Of a stretch of DNA of 64,000 bases, positions 40,401-54,915 are shown one piece after another (position 1 is the first letter of the stretch; each line of letters begins with the position of its first letter). A program made the translations under genes and the position numbers. The notes under the pieces are model-generated. The model was given only the letters and a program-made list of their open reading frames with translations. It searched no databases and was not told where the DNA came from. The DNA lies in the NCBI GenBank assembly GCA_003971905.1, contig RSEE01000006.1, forward strand, positions 186,001 through 250,000, given 5' to 3'. The DNA is from Moniliella sp. 'wahieum'. Taxonomy: Eukaryota.

Positions 40401-41508
40401 GCACCGGCACGCGCAATCCGAGGTAACGGAGAAGTTATTTATTGCGTGGACGCTCTCGACCTGGGCCCAGGCCGGGAAGGCGAGACGAACGAGGGATCGA
40501 TCAGCAGCCACCGGGCTGCATCGACAATACAGGACCAAGGAGGCGTCTCTCACTCTCCCACCCATACTCCAAGCAAGAGGGCCCCGAGTGTTCGCCCCCT
40601 GCCTTGGTTCCATTGAAGCGGCAGAGGGACGGAGCTCGCCGTCAGACTCGCCGCGCTGGCAGCGACCGAGGCATCCTGCCCTCGGATGAAGACGCCGACG
40701 TTGACTCGCAGGACAAGGCCAGCGCCGTCACGGCGCCCGAGCTGCCAGCGCCGCGCGGGGTGGAAGCCGTGGCGTGTGCGCTGACACGGGTGTATGCGGT
40801 GGTGTGTCCGGCCGGCATAGCCTCCGAGGCAGAGGCGAAGCTGCAGAGTCTGGTCAAGGGATGAAGAAGTGGATGCGGGGGTACCGAAACTGAAGGAATC
40901 GTATAACCAGCGCGCCACCACGTGCCGTTGCCCCCCTCGGTCTCGGTCTCGGTCTCGGACTTGGCCTCGGCCTCCTCGGGCAGCACGACGACCGCCTCGC
41001 CTTTACGGCCTTTCATCCGGGCGACCTGGCCCTCTTCCTCCCCACCCGCGACCTTCTTGCGCCCACCTGGGCTGCATTTAGCCTCACTTGCCCCCACCAC
41101 TTTTTGAATACGCTGCGCCGCACTGCGCCGCGGCGGGCGCAGCGCAAGCGACGGCGACCGCTGCACTCGTGCACGGCCAACAGTTTCTCGTCGCGCGCAT
41201 TGTCAGCATGGCATGTACCAAGCTGGCTCGCCTGATCTGCTGGGCTTTGTGCGGCTCGGGCCGGGGCCGGCGGGCGGGGCACCGGAGCAAGGTGCTGCGC
41301 TGTCGGAGCAGGCACGGGGGGAGATGAGCAACCCGTTTGGGCTGCCGCGGGAGGCGGTACTGTGTGCTGGATGCGGTGCGTATGACGCGGGGGGGGCGCG
41401 GGGGCGGAGACGGGGGCGGGGGGGGGGCGACGGGCCTGGATGGGGTGGGGCAAGGCGGCTCGGCGGGGCACGCTATGCGTCGCTCACCGCGCCACAGCTA
41501 CGCAGTAG
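37495..41508 (+). CDS. ATG11: Autophagy scaffold Atg11
   Basis: Start MRVFGAHDG; RRSEF motif; coiled-coil region; C-terminal LAFTAFHPGDLALFLPTR...WAAF...PHHFLN, FLVARIV, SNPFGL; end approximate. Confidence 0.85.
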
Positions 41509-41975
41509 ACAGCGAGGCAGAATGGCATGGATGGATGCATCGAGCGAGTGGGCTGGGCTATGCTGAGCGCTGAGCCTCAGCTCCGACTGTCGTAGCAGAC
41601 AGTGCGTCTGGTTTAGTGCACCGGGAGCAGCGCCAACAGCACCGCCAGCAGCGCCAGGAGCACCGCCAAGAGCAGCACGCGGCTGCGTTGGCCCGCGCAG
41701 GACACGCGCAGCGGGCACGAGCCATGCTTACGTGGCGGCGACGGGCGGCTGGCGGCGGCTAGCAACTGGCTCCGGCTGGCCACAACCGACTGGCCACGCC
41801 CACACTGGCGCGCTGCTGCGCACATAGGCTGACCGTCACCAGTCATAGTCACGCCGCCCTCACTCCGGCCCAGCACCGCCCCCTCGCCCATCCGCACCGC
41901 GCGCACAGCCACCCCCACACCCCCTGGCCTGGCGCCGTGCTGCCTGCCGCGCCGCTGCTGCTCCTGGCCATGATC

Positions 41976-43059
<1,084 letters not shown>

Positions 43060-43659
43060 GCACCTACCGGTACACCACCTCACGCCATCCGCCAGGGCGG
43101 TACCCGTCGTCCTCATGCCGCAGAAGGGGGCGCTGTGCCATGTGCATGTGCATGTCCATGCATGTCAGCAAGCCCAGCGCCTCGCTTTTTCTTTCTTTGT
43201 TTCCCTGTTCTTGTCCCCCCCCCCTCCTCCGCCCTCATGCCGTCCCGGTACGGTCCCGACTCCTGTCCTTTAGGCTTACCAACTCCGTCCTTTTACACTT
43301 TTCGTTTGTCCCTGTTGGGAGGAGTGTTGCGATGCAGGCGGCGCGGATCGGGAGCGGCCTGGCCCGGCCCGAGCGCTGGTCTGTCCCAGTTGCCTGCCTC
43401 CCGGCGCCGCCCCGCTCGCCTAGCCGATGCGTCCGCTGGCTCCCCCCCAGTCCTGTCCTGCTACCCACAGCTGTCGCGCTCGTTGAAATCGTTGGAAGGA
43501 GCGGAAGGCTACTACTATATGCGTGCGACGAGCGACAGTCGGTGGGAATAGCATGGTGCAGCGTAGCATACGTGGAATAGATTGCTCGGCTGCGTCTCTC
43601 GCGCCAGCTGGGGACGGACGCGATCCCAGCTCCCAGCTCCTAGATGCTAGATCATCCGC

Positions 43660-46612
43660 TCATAGGCCTCGCGGCTGCACCGCGCCCCAGGTGTAGAGCA
43701 GCGCGTGCTCATTGTCCTCCGTTACGCGCTTGACGTTGGCTCGCAGCTCATTGAGCGACGCCTGGACCTCGCGCAGGACAGGCGCCACGCTATTTGCCGT
43801 CTTGCCACGCAGCGTCTTGCCATGGGCCGTCATGAGCGCGGCGAGCCAACGGAGGTGGTACTCGACATGGGGCGAGTTGGCACGCGGGTGCATCCGCGCC
43901 GCCACCAAACGCAGCAACGGCACCACATACAAACTCGGCACTTGGCCCGCCACCAAACTAATCTCATGCGCCGGGATGCGTTCGTACATCTCGGCCAACA
44001 GCCCGCTCAGCCAAACGCAGCGCACCAATCAGCGCCATCAGATGCTCCCCGTCCTGCGCTGCTTCCCGGATGCCCTGCGGGGTCAGGTCGAGGTCCAAAT
44101 CGAACGGGTCAAACTGCGCCGCAGAGCGGGCCGCATCCAACGAGTAAATCTGCAAGCCACTCGTCGTGCTCGCTGCCCAGTTGCGGCCGGTCGGATCGAA
44201 GCGGATGCAGGTGGAGCGCGACAGGGGCGGGGTGGAACGTTGGCTTCCATCGCCCGTTTGGACGCCTGGAAGACTCCGGTCCTTTCGCTGCGCACGTCAA
44301 CTCCTCGTCGTCGTCCTGGAGCAGATCAATGTTGCCTGCAGCAGTGAGCTTGCGCGAGTCGAGGCGGACCTGCAAGCCGTCAAAGTCAAAGTTGCCCGTA
44401 ATCTGCCAGCGCTTGAGCAACACCTTCTCCCGTACATCGTACAGACAGATCCAGTTGCTGTTGCCCGATGCCAGCACGCTCTCCCCATCAGCCGAATAGG
44501 TGAGGGAGGTGAAACAGTTGTCGCCCTTGCGGCTGTCGGCGGCGGTCCGATCGCCTCGCCTGCGGCCACGCGCAATGTCCCGCCGCGCCTCAATCACGCC
44601 CGTTTGGGTCGATAGTTTGGTATCAAAGAAACTCAGTTGCCATCCAGCGTCGCCACACAGACTCGATCGAGTCGGACGGAAGGCGACAGCCATAGCTTCG
44701 CTGTTGAGTTGGATCGTCTCGGTTTGCTTGCCGTCGCGGAACACCTCCCAGATCCGTAGCGTCCGGTCCCACGACACACTCACCAACGTGCCCCGCCCGT
44801 CGGGCGCAAATGCCAAGCCAGACACGGGGCCAGTATGCCCGCCAAACGTCTCGATCAGCTTGCCCGTCTGGACGGACCACATGTAAATCTCAAACTGGTC
44901 CTGGCTGCCGGCCACCACCACCTCGCCACTTGGCTCGACGGCCAAGGAGCCAAACTGGACCGGATCCGGCGTGACAAACGTACGGAAGTTGCGGTAGCGA
45001 ATCAAGTCCCAGGCGCGTACCGTGCCGTCCAAACTGGCACTAAACAGGACCTGGCCACCGCGCTTGGCAAATTCCAACGCGGTCACTTCGGCCGTGTGCT
45101 GCTCAAACGTGACGGTGGCCAGACCGGTCGTCGTGTTCCACAACTTGAGCCGACCATCGCCACCGCCCGTGACGATGGTGGTGCCATCGGGAGAGTAGGC
45201 AAGGAATGGATCAAGCCCATATGGTGCGCCTGCTGACGCAAAATGTAATTGCTCGACGCCCATTCCCACACCATCAGTTGGCTCGTCGAGCCGGAACCGA
45301 GCGCGAGCCAGTCGCCAGTCGGGGACAAGCGGGCGGTAGTGAGAGAGGCATGGGAGATACTCAGTTCATGCACCTTGCTAAAATCAGGCAGCGTGTGTAG
45401 CGTAAACACGCCCGAATCAAACGCGGTCAACAACAGACCCGTTGCAGCGTGGTAGTCCACCGACCGCACCTCCTCGTGCGCGCGAAAGTAGTAGAACCGT
45501 TCGGCAATGTCCCAGCGTGTAGTAGCCAGACGATGCGGGGGTAACCGTTCCTCCTCTAACGCTTCGCGTTGTCGCCGGGAACGTTGCTCCTCCTCCATCT
45601 CCCGCTCCATCTCCACCTCCATCTCCTCATCATCGCTCTCCTCCTCCTCCTCCTCCTTGGCACGCCACACAAAGCACGCACCGTCTCGACTGACGGTATA
45701 GATCTCGGTTTCGTCCGCATTGAAGAAGGCGCCAATCACCGGAGCCTTGTGCCCACTAAACGTCTTGGGCTTGAACTTGCGCCAGCGCCGCACACCGCCC
45801 GGGTACTTGGGGTCGGCAACGGGTTCCGCCAGTGGGACCAAGACCGGGTTGAGCGAATAGAGGCGGCAAGTCATGTCTTTGGAGGTGGTGAGGAACATGC
45901 TGCATTCCTGTCAGTTCCATCCTCGGATGCGACAAGAAGGGGGGGGAGGGGGGGGAACGTACTCGCTGCTCTTGCTCCACGTGATGCTCAGCACATCCTC
46001 AAAGTGACCCGTGTAGACACGGTGCAGTCAAAGGGGGTGAAGGAAGGAGCGATGATGCCAATGGTCGGGGTCCCGTTCTGGTCGACGGTGGCAAAGCCCG
46101 GGTCTTCCATACTTGGATATGATGGTTGTGGGTGACGGCAAGGTAGCGCGCGTCGGGGCTGAACTGTGCGTCGCGAAGAGGCGCCTTGAAGGAGATTTGG
46201 GCCAGGACGATTCGCGTCCGAGCGCGCGGTGGAGCTGACACCGACCCCGCCCAGCGAGTCGGGCACGGTCGCCGTCGCGCGGAACGAGACCAGCGTCGCG
46301 CGGCCGTCTTGTCGGACGCAAGGAGGAGGTGGGTGTTGCTGTGCGGGCCGAGGGCAGGGGACAGAGCAAGACGCGCAATGGAATGCTTCAGCTCAAAGTC
46401 AAACGTGCGCGTCGACGTGGCATAGACCGCGTCCTGCGCCGCCGCTGGCTCGCCGCCCGCGAGGGGACTGTGCTGCTGAGGGGAAAGACGCTGCAGCGGG
46501 CGCCAATGGGGCTGATGATGGACGACGAGTCGGGGGTGAAGACGACGTTGCTGATGCCGTCGTACACGCTGCCCAGGACGCTCTGGAGGTGGAACTGGGT
46601 AGAGCCAGGCAT
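43660..46612 (-). CDS. PWP2: WD40 SSU processome protein Pwp2/Utp1
   Basis: FHLQSVLGSVY..NVVFTPD, QLMVWEW..YILRQQ, SASLDGTVRAWDLIRYRNFRTF, SPHVEYHLRW. Confidence 0.92.
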
Positions 46613-46951
46613 CGCCGCACAACAACGATGGTGGTGGGCGCGCTGGTTTGCAGAAAGCGAGCAAGCCAGCTGGCCGCCAGCACAAAAAAGTCCAGGGTCG
46701 GTGCAACCGCTGCCGGGGCCAATTTCTCGGCACGTGACCGCATCGGTGCAAACCCCATTTCACCAAACGGGGGACTGCCTGCCTTGAAGTATTTCTTGAA
46801 GCTTTTATGCCAGTTCAGCTCATTAGATTGCTGCTCCTTTTCGCAGGCCATAGCAGGCCGTAACCAAGGGGGCATCGGCTGGCGTCTACAGCCGCGTGCC
46901 TATGCTAGAGAATGCCGCCCCCCCACCGATCTACAGACGGCGCGGTGAGCA

Positions 46952-48371
46952 CTAGAGTACATTGCGAGCCAATCCCACCCCCAAAACGCCGCGGCCATCG
47001 CCCATCCTCCCTCCTTCAACGGTCGAATCCACGTCCAGATCACCACTCCTCCTCCTCCGCCGCCGCCGCCGCCGGCTTGGGTTGTGGTTCAGCAGACGGT
47101 AGAGCCTGTTGCGGTTCGCACCGCGCGAATCCGGGCGAGCGGCAGCGTCGAAGAGGGCAGAGTGCAGGGCCGCGTGCAGCGTCGAGAGCGCTTGGGCCGT
47201 CTGCTTGTTGGCGAGGAAGGGCGCATCACGCTCAGCCGCGGCCAACTGCGCCTCGGTGGCCTTTTGCGTCGGTGGTGTCTCGCCTCGCTCCAGCAGGTAC
47301 TGCGCGTTGGTTGCCGCCAACAGCAGGGGTACATGCGGCGACGCAGCGGCCAGCTGGGCCTCCGCCTCGGCGGCGGCCGCATCGGCTTGCGCCACCTCGT
47401 CCTTCTCCGCGCTGCTGCTCGTGGCGGCAGAGGCGGCCGTGGCTGCGGCGGCAAGCTCCTTGCTGCCATCCAGATGGGCACCACAAGGCGCTGAAGAATG
47501 CGGTTGTAAAGGGCATCACTGGGGCTGAGCCGGAGGACAGTGATAAAAGGCGTGAGCGAAGCCAAGACATCCACCTTGCCCTCTTTCCGTGCCAGCGTGG
47601 CTACCAGCCGGTCCAGCTCTTCCATAGCCAAATCGGCGATATGGAGCGCAATGCTCCCTGGAACCCGCAGATCGGTGGAGTTGAGGGCCCCCAGGACGCT
47701 TGGCGTTTTCCTTGGTCAAGATCTCTGCCCACTTGGCCACCAAGCTCGGTTCCCATCCGTGCGCCTGGAGCAGCGAAGCCCCGCCGCCCAAAACCGACGC
47801 ATCAGCAGGAAAAATTCGAGACACGGTGCTTATCCAGACCTTGCCAGTCGCTCACCATCGTGCCCCAAAAGCATCAAAGAACGCGAGGGCAGCCAGCGCT
47901 TGCTCCGTCGTGGCTTCCGGAGAGGGGCCTTGCGCTTCTTTCCCGCCTTCTCCTTCTCACTGTTCTTAGCCGCAGGGGCATCTTGACCTACCCCGCCAAT
48001 CACAAGTACCAGCTCAGCCAACTCATCCGCTAACACTTGCTGCACCAGCGGCTTGTCCGAGTGGTAAAAACCTGTAGCACCCTGTTAGTACTCGCTCACC
48101 ACCAGCATAGGTGCGGGGCGGGGGGGGGACATACTTTGGAACAACCCTTCCACAGACGCAGCATCTCCGTTTCGGGAATCTTCTTGCCGCTGGAGAGAAA
48201 GGCGGTCAGGCCCAGCGCCCGGTCCCGCTCCCGCTTCTCATTGGACGCAAGCGACTTGGCCATGGGGATCTCAGCGGGGGCAGTGGCCTTGACCTTGGCT
48301 GCCGCGGCCAGCTGGCGCTTGAGCTGGTGGCGCTGCCGCTTCGAGGCACGGACGCTCTCCACGTGGTCCAT
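46952..48371 (-). CDS. RRP1: Rrp1/Nop52 ribosome biogenesis protein
   Basis: [54 protein letters not shown]. Confidence 0.85.
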
Positions 48372-48663
48372 GGGGGGCAGTGGTGGTAGTGGTGGTAGTG
48401 GTGGCTGGGGTGGCTGGACAGGCGCTGGCTCGGCCTGCGCTGTGGGTCCCTCGGCCGGCGTGTGGGCAGAAAAAAAAAGTTGCTGGCTGCCCGCGCGGAA
48501 TTGGCGCGGGCGGAATGGGTGCACCCAACCGCGGCTTCGGGGCGACGAACGAAGAAGAAAAGCAGGCCGGCTGGCCAAGGCAAGGAAGGAGACGTGGGAC
48601 TGGAACGGCTTCTGCCCCTGCACCTCCGCTTTCGCTTTCGCTTTCGTCCTCCTCGTCGACGCA

Positions 48664-49851
48664 ATGAGCGTCCATCTGCGTCTGGCCCGGCACGGCTCCA
48701 CCAACCGGCCGTTCTACCACATTGTTGCCGCCCTGCGCAGCCGTCCGCGCGACAGCCGTCCGCTGGAAAAGTTGGGCGAGTACGATCCGCTGGCCCAGGC
48801 CACGTTGCGCCAGCCCCCCCGGCATGGGCGCCGCAGATGGGCGTCCTGACCCCAGAGGCGCGGATTGACATCAATGCCCTGCTGGGGCGCATGCACAACC
48901 ACCGCTACTGGAAAGTGGGCAACATCAACCGTCCCCCGGACCCAAACAAAGACCCGTACGACAATGAGGGCCAGGTGGTTCATTCGGGCATTGCGCGTCG
49001 CTCGGACATTGTCCGCCAAAAGCACGTCGAATGGAACAAGGAGCGCATCCTGTACTGGCTTTCCAACGGTGCCCAGCCCACGCCTCCTGTGGCCAAATTG
49101 CTCATCAAGGGCGGCATCCTCCCGCCTGGTCGGGTCCACCGCGGCCGCTTCCGCTCCCTGTGGGGCGACTCGGTGCACGACTCGGTGGCTCTGGGCTACC
49201 AAAGACGGCCAAGGACCCCGATGCCATTATCCAGCATGGTCCGGGCGGCATTGTGATCCGTTCGCTGCCCCCGCCCAAGGCGCCTGGTGCCGATGCCACG
49301 CCTGAGGAAGTAGAGGCCTACCAGGTGGCTTGGACAAGTACATGCCGACCAAAGCTACGCCAAGTCGATCACTACCCACCGCGACGCTCTGACGGACGAG
49401 CAGATGAACTACAGTGGGGTGCCTGAAAAGCTGCTCAAGAAGCCCGGTGGGTTCCTTTCCGTGACGGCCAAGGACGAGTGGAGGCCGCTGGACCCGGTTG
49501 CGCTGCCGGACTCGGTGGTGGAAGAGTTGGCGGATCAGGTGGCGGCCGGCATGCGCCTCATCGAATCCACGCCCAAGCTGCGAGTGGGCGGCGTCGAACC
49601 GGTCGCGCTTCCACCGCCGCGTTCTGCGGAGACGGGAACAGAAGCGTTTGGCTCGCACCCCGCGCCTGCTGGGCAAGCCCGACTCGGTGCTGCGCCAGAT
49701 GCGCAAAGTGATTGCTCGCTTCCGCAGCATGGGCCGCATGCCGCCTGCTGCGCTGCTGGTGCGCCACCACCAGCTGCGCGTGGCGTACGCCATGAAGTAC
49801 CACGTGCCGTACTGGCCCTTGGTCGGCACGCCTCACATGCCGCGCATCTAA
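48664..49851 (+). CDS. MRPS16: Mitochondrial ribosomal protein S16 (bS16m), extended
   Basis: [21 protein letters not shown]...[30 protein letters not shown]; 3' end inferred across frameshifts. Confidence 0.85.
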
Positions 49852-50008
49852 GTGGGGGGAGCAGAGACGAGCAAAAATGCATGAATGGCATCAGGAGCTT
49901 TCTTGCCAGCACTGCTGGCTGCCGTAGTGGGGTGGGAAAGGTAGTTTGTTTGTTCTGCTTGCCGGCTTAGCGTTGGAGCGGCGGTAGCAAGGCGGGGCAG
50001 CAAAAAAG

Positions 50009-50104
50009 AGGAGTAGGTCGGACTCGAACCAACGACTTCAAGATGTTAGCAGCCCTGGAAGGGACAATTGCAATCTCACACGCTAACCGCTGCGTCACTA
50101 CTCC
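50009..50104 (-). tRNA. tRNA-Cys(GCA) with 23-nt intron
   Basis: Acceptor GGAGTAG/CTACTCC plus U73; D arm ACGC/GCGT; anticodon loop TT-GCA-A[intron]A; T loop TTCGAGT; 73 nt after splicing; followed by a T6 Pol III terminator. Confidence 0.92.
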
Positions 50105-50174
50105 GGATGGATGACGGCTGGATTTGTTTTGAAATAGTCTGTGGTTGCCGTTGTCGGAATTCGGACTGGAGCAG

Positions 50175-50225
50175 ACGCGACACGCGACGCGTGGTTGAAA
50201 GTTTCCGCCGCAGATTGTGACGCGT
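50175..50225. promoter_or_regulatory. MCB-box cluster upstream of CDC6
   Basis: ACGCGA twice and ACGCGT twice (50187, 50220) within about 140 bp of the ATG; CDC6/cdc18 are known MBF targets in yeasts. Confidence 0.6.
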
Positions 50226-50314
50226 CGGAAGGCGCGGCGGGAGCGCAGAGCACCGAGGCAGAGCACACACCTGCGTCGTCGCTACCACCACCACCACCAC
50301 CACCACCAACCCCC

Positions 50315-52415
50315 ATGCGCTCGCTGCGGTCTGCTCGTGTGCTGCCCCGCCGCCGCCTTCCTCGGTGGAGTGTGTGCCCTCGTCGGAGACCGAGGAGGAG
50401 CCCGACGCGTACCTCGACTCGGACCCTGCGCCCGACGAGGACGACCCATCCGCCTCCTCCGCCGCGCACGCCGCGCCCGCCTGCGCCCGCTCCGCCCCCC
50501 TCCGCCTCCGCCGCCTCGTCGCCCCTCTCCTCGCCCCCCACCTCCCCCACCCTCCGGCACCTGCGCCCGCCAAGCGCATCACACGCAGCGCCGCCGCCCG
50601 CATGCCCTGCTCCCCCAGCCCCCCTGCTCCTGGTATGTGTACGCCCTGCTGCCTCTCTTTGGGTCGAATGCTAGGATGAGCATCCGAGAGCTAATCTGTT
50701 CTGCCTGCTAGCCCCGCCCCGCCCGCCGAAGAGAAAACGGTCGGACAAGGCCGAGACAAGACAAGCCAGTCCCCCGGCACCCAAGCGCGCTTTTGAGCGC
50801 ACCCACTCCTCTGCTTCGACCTTGGTCGACGAAAGCTCGGACTGCGAAACCGTGACGGGCGACCCAGTCGCCGAGACCAAAGCCACAGTGCTCGAGCCAA
50901 GCGAAACGTTCCCGCATGTCTATGCCCATGCTCGCTCCCTCCTCCGCTCTGCCCATCCCGCCCACACCCTCATTGGCCGTGAAACCGAACGAAGCACCAT
51001 CCATTCCTTTCTCTCTGCCCGCCTCGGTCCATCGTCAGAAGGGCCAGCGTCACTCTACATTGCCGGCACACCCGGCACGGGCAAGACAGCGCTGGTGTGC
51101 GATGTTGTGGCCAAATTTCAATCCGAGGCAGAGGTGGTGATCCTCAACTGTTGCGCTCGCCTCGGCGGCCGATGTGTACGGTACCATCTTGAGCCACTTG
51201 CCCTGCGGCACAGGGAAGCGAAGTCGCACGTCGAGTGAGTCGGAGCGACTGCTGCTCTCTCACCTGACCGCACCAAGTAGCAAGACGGTGATCGTGCTGG
51301 ACGAGATGGACGCGCTGGTGCGCACCGGTGCGCACCAGGACGTGTTGTACAAAATCTTTTTGGCTGTGGCCCAGGCGAATCCCAGTCGGGCCCAGGCGAA
51401 GGCTAAGACAGCTTTGATTGGCATTGCCAACTCGCTCGATCTCGCCCACCACTTTTTACCCTTACTCGCTGCCCACGCAGCCTGTCCCGAGCTGCTCAGT
51501 TTCACTCCGTTTACCGCACAGGAAATTGTACAAGTGGTCACTGCGCGGTTGGACGCCCTCTGGGCTCGCGCCGACGCGCCCCCCAAGCCCGAGACTGAGG
51601 CTGACGCACTGCCCATCTTTAGCGTCCCAGGACTCCGACTGGCAGCAATGAAGGTGGCAGCTGCGACGGGCGACCTGCGCAAAGCGCTCGACGTGTGCCG
51701 CTTGGCCATCGAGACGCTTGAGACGCAACAGCGCAAAAAGGGCGTGGACCTAACCTGCTTGACTCCTGCCTCGGCCGCGCGTGTAGGCCCACCACAGGTA
51801 CTGACGGCGATCGCCAAGACACTTGTCGCTGCCGGTGCCGGGTCCTGCTCAGCGACAGTAGCCAAAGTTCGGGGCTTGCCGTTGCATGGCGGGTTACTGT
51901 TGGCGTCCTACTTGCTCGTCGACACGCGCCAGCACCACCTCGGGCCTCGTCAGCCAATCGATGTGGCAAGCGTATACGATACCTACACACGCATCTTGTC
52001 TGACGACGGCAGCTTTTCCCCGCTGCCCTTGGGCGACGTGTTGGACCTCCTGGCTAGTCTCGAGACGCAAGCCTTCCTCGACCTCAGTGCGCCGTGCGCG
52101 CCACGTAAGGGCGCCGGCGGGACCAAGGGAAGCAAGCCCGGCATGCGCCATGCCCCGCTGGGCGCGCGCGCACGTATCGTCACGCTCCGCCTGCCGGTGG
52201 AGGAGGTGCGACGCGGACTGACGGAGCCGGCGGCAGGCGCTGCGGCGGGAGGATCAGGACAAACTGTGGCGGCCGAGACGATTGGGCGACTGCTGCAAAC
52301 TGAGACGAGGCGGATCCTGCGAGCCAAAGGGTGGGAACAAGCTGCGGACGCGTTCCAGCACACCCGCGCAGAGGAGTTGGGCGGCGGACGCTTGGCCGTG
52401 GCCAAGGGCTTGTAG
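50315..52415 (+). CDS. CDC6: Replication initiator Cdc6/Cdc18
   Basis: YIAGTPGTGKT, IVLDEMDAL, LIGIANSLDL, KVAAATGDLRKALDVCR; intron about 50633-50710. Confidence 0.92.
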
Positions 52416-52649
52416 CGTACCACGAGGTTTAGAATCGAGTCGTTTGCTTTGTTGTTGCTTTCTGCTTGCTTGGCCGGCACCCGACAAAGAAGATAGACCT
52501 GTGAGCTCAAGAGATATACTTAGCACTGGTGAGATCTATGTTTTCCTCTCCTCATTTTGCCACCACCTCCATCTTCCCGCCGCTCTGGGCCGGGTGGGGT
52601 GGATGGGTTGGAGGAGCAGGCGTAGGCGTAGGTGCAGAAAGCGTGGCTG

Positions 52650-54900
52650 ATGGGATGCCTAACCTCCCCGTAGCCGTCCCACCACACTACGTCAAGATAC
52701 CGGACTTCTTGTTTCGTCGCTCCCCTCCATCCTCCAACACGCCCGGGATCGGTATCGCCCTCGCCCACAGCCCACTGTCACCATCTCATCGATATCGTCC
52801 GCCCATGCACTCTGTCCATCTGCTGGCCCGTGCGGCTGGACGTGCGCGCCGCTTGCATTTATCCTGGCCACGCTAAAACCCCCATCGTAGGTCACTTCAA
52901 GGAATAGTGGACCAACCGAGTTGCAAGGGTACAACGGCACGGAGCATCCGTGGTAGCCCCCCGGGGGGGCAGGAAGCGAGAAGGGGTTGGGGTGACCTCC
53001 CCTTCCCTCCCCTCTCTCCCGAGCTGCTGTACATCCTGCGGTGCAGGTCAAACCATCAGCGTCGACGGTTCACTGCCCCTCGACTCAGGCCTCACAACTA
53101 TAGCCCAATCCACAGGATGCCCCTGCAGTGTCGTTTGCGCGTTGCAATCTCACTCGTTCTCCCGACCTACGCCCATTTAGTAGTCATGGACGGGCAGTCT
53201 AGACAGCGCGGAGCCTTCTACTGCTCCTACTACCAAGCTGGGCAAGCGCCACGGTCCTCAGTTCCTGTGCCCCGCGGGGGTCACTTTGTGCGCCGAAATC
53301 GATCCGAGCACAGCATTCTGTCCATTGAAGACGGTAGCAACGGCTGCCTTGGTGGTGGAAGTGGCCAATTGACGAGACGTGCTCAAGTAAACCCCATGGC
53401 AGTTCATTCTGATGCGACCAGTGTGGCCCACAGCGATCCTGGAACAAACGCGGGTCATTATCGTTCCACAGCACGCGGCTGTTCGGTATCGTCTGGGCGA
53501 GGAGCAGAGGTTGCTCTGTTTACTCTACATGTATGAAGAGTGTCCTGTAGTGTTTTTTGCTTCTAGAGTGCGTGGTGCCAGGTGAGGCAGGATGATGGGT
53601 AGTTGTGAGCTACTGCTCTTTCCTCTTGACTTTTTGTGAGCCGCGCTGGGTTGGGCTATGGAGCATCATGACCGTGATGCAGCTAGCCTTTCTCACCTGG
53701 CCTGCTGTTACTGCTGCACCGGACAGCGACAAAGCTTCTGTGTTTCCTCCGAGACGCTCGTCTACCCCTCGGAGACTTGCCGTTTTGCACTAAGGAGCTA
53801 TACTACTCATCGTTCATCAGCACAGAGTGTGTGGTCACCGCCCATATCTAAGTTCAAGTAGCAACCGTACAGCTGAAAAGCCGGTCACTGTGTGCAGCAC
53901 ACGGGACTGTTGAGTGGGTAGTCCGTACCGGGTTGGAGCACAAAGAAGCGGTGCCCCAAGGCTTTCTGAGCCGAACTGCGCAGGTTGGGGTCGGGGTGGA
54001 AGAGGCGATGGATCGACAAAGGTCCTGGATTGTCTAATCTTCAGTACCAGTATCCGCAATACCTCTTCTGTGTTGTACATAGAGTAGGTAATAGCAGATG
54101 CCGGCGACCGTATCTTGTTCGTTTCAGTCCTCAGTCTTTTCTGCTGGTTTATCTTCACCTCAACCGTTCTTTTTGCTGCGGTGTGGAGGGAAAAAACGGT
54201 TCTTCTCTCCCCTCTTGCCTCCTTCTCTCGAACCAGCCTTTCCACAGTCCCCACATCCATTTCTCCCATTTCAGTGGCGCTCGCACCGCTCTCCATCTCG
54301 GGTTCCTGCAGTGCGCGACGACGCCGCCGGCATTCCCCGGTCTCTTGACCGGCAGTATGTCGTACATCTCACTCGGGGTGTTTCCATTGGCCTGCCCCTC
54401 CCCCCGGGGCTCCTGTACGAAGGGGACGTGCAGGATGTGCGCACTGCAGTACGGATAGGTAGATACGCACAACAGGCATCCGCTACGTTCCTTCACGAGA
54501 CGTTTCATCTGGTATCCGATTAGTCTGTTGCACGGCTGCGGACTTTACTGTTCGACTTGGCATATATGTCTATATACCTCTCCAAGTTGGGTCGACCTCT
54601 ATGACCTTCTAAGCTTTTCCTTTTTACCTCCACACGTCGAATATACTATTTCGACTTGGAACATGTTGTTTACTAATACTTCCAAGTTGAAGCTACCTCT
54701 GTGACTTTGAACGCTTCCTCCTTATTACCTCCACAGTTGTATCTCCTGTTTCTCTTCCCTCGCGACTTGGCAGCGCGTCGCCTGCCACTTATGTTTTCCT
54801 TTTGCTTTGTGACCGGAGACGCTGGAGAGACATCCTTTCTTCTTTCATTCATGCCTTGGCCCTTGGACGACGACCACTACCACCTGTGGTCTGGCGAGCT
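52650..54900 (+). pseudogene. Possible degenerate F-box/repeat-protein gene
   Basis: Only DLPFPPLSPELLYIL (F-box-like, about 52995) and recurring LPP motifs; no continuous ORF. Confidence 0.2.
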
Positions 54901-54915
54901 TACCCGGGGGGGGGC

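Noticed and set aside
50009..50104. Possible selenocysteine or suppressor tRNA because of its 96-nt length
   Set aside because: The extra length is a canonical-position intron; anticodon GCA and U73 indicate ordinary tRNA-Cys.
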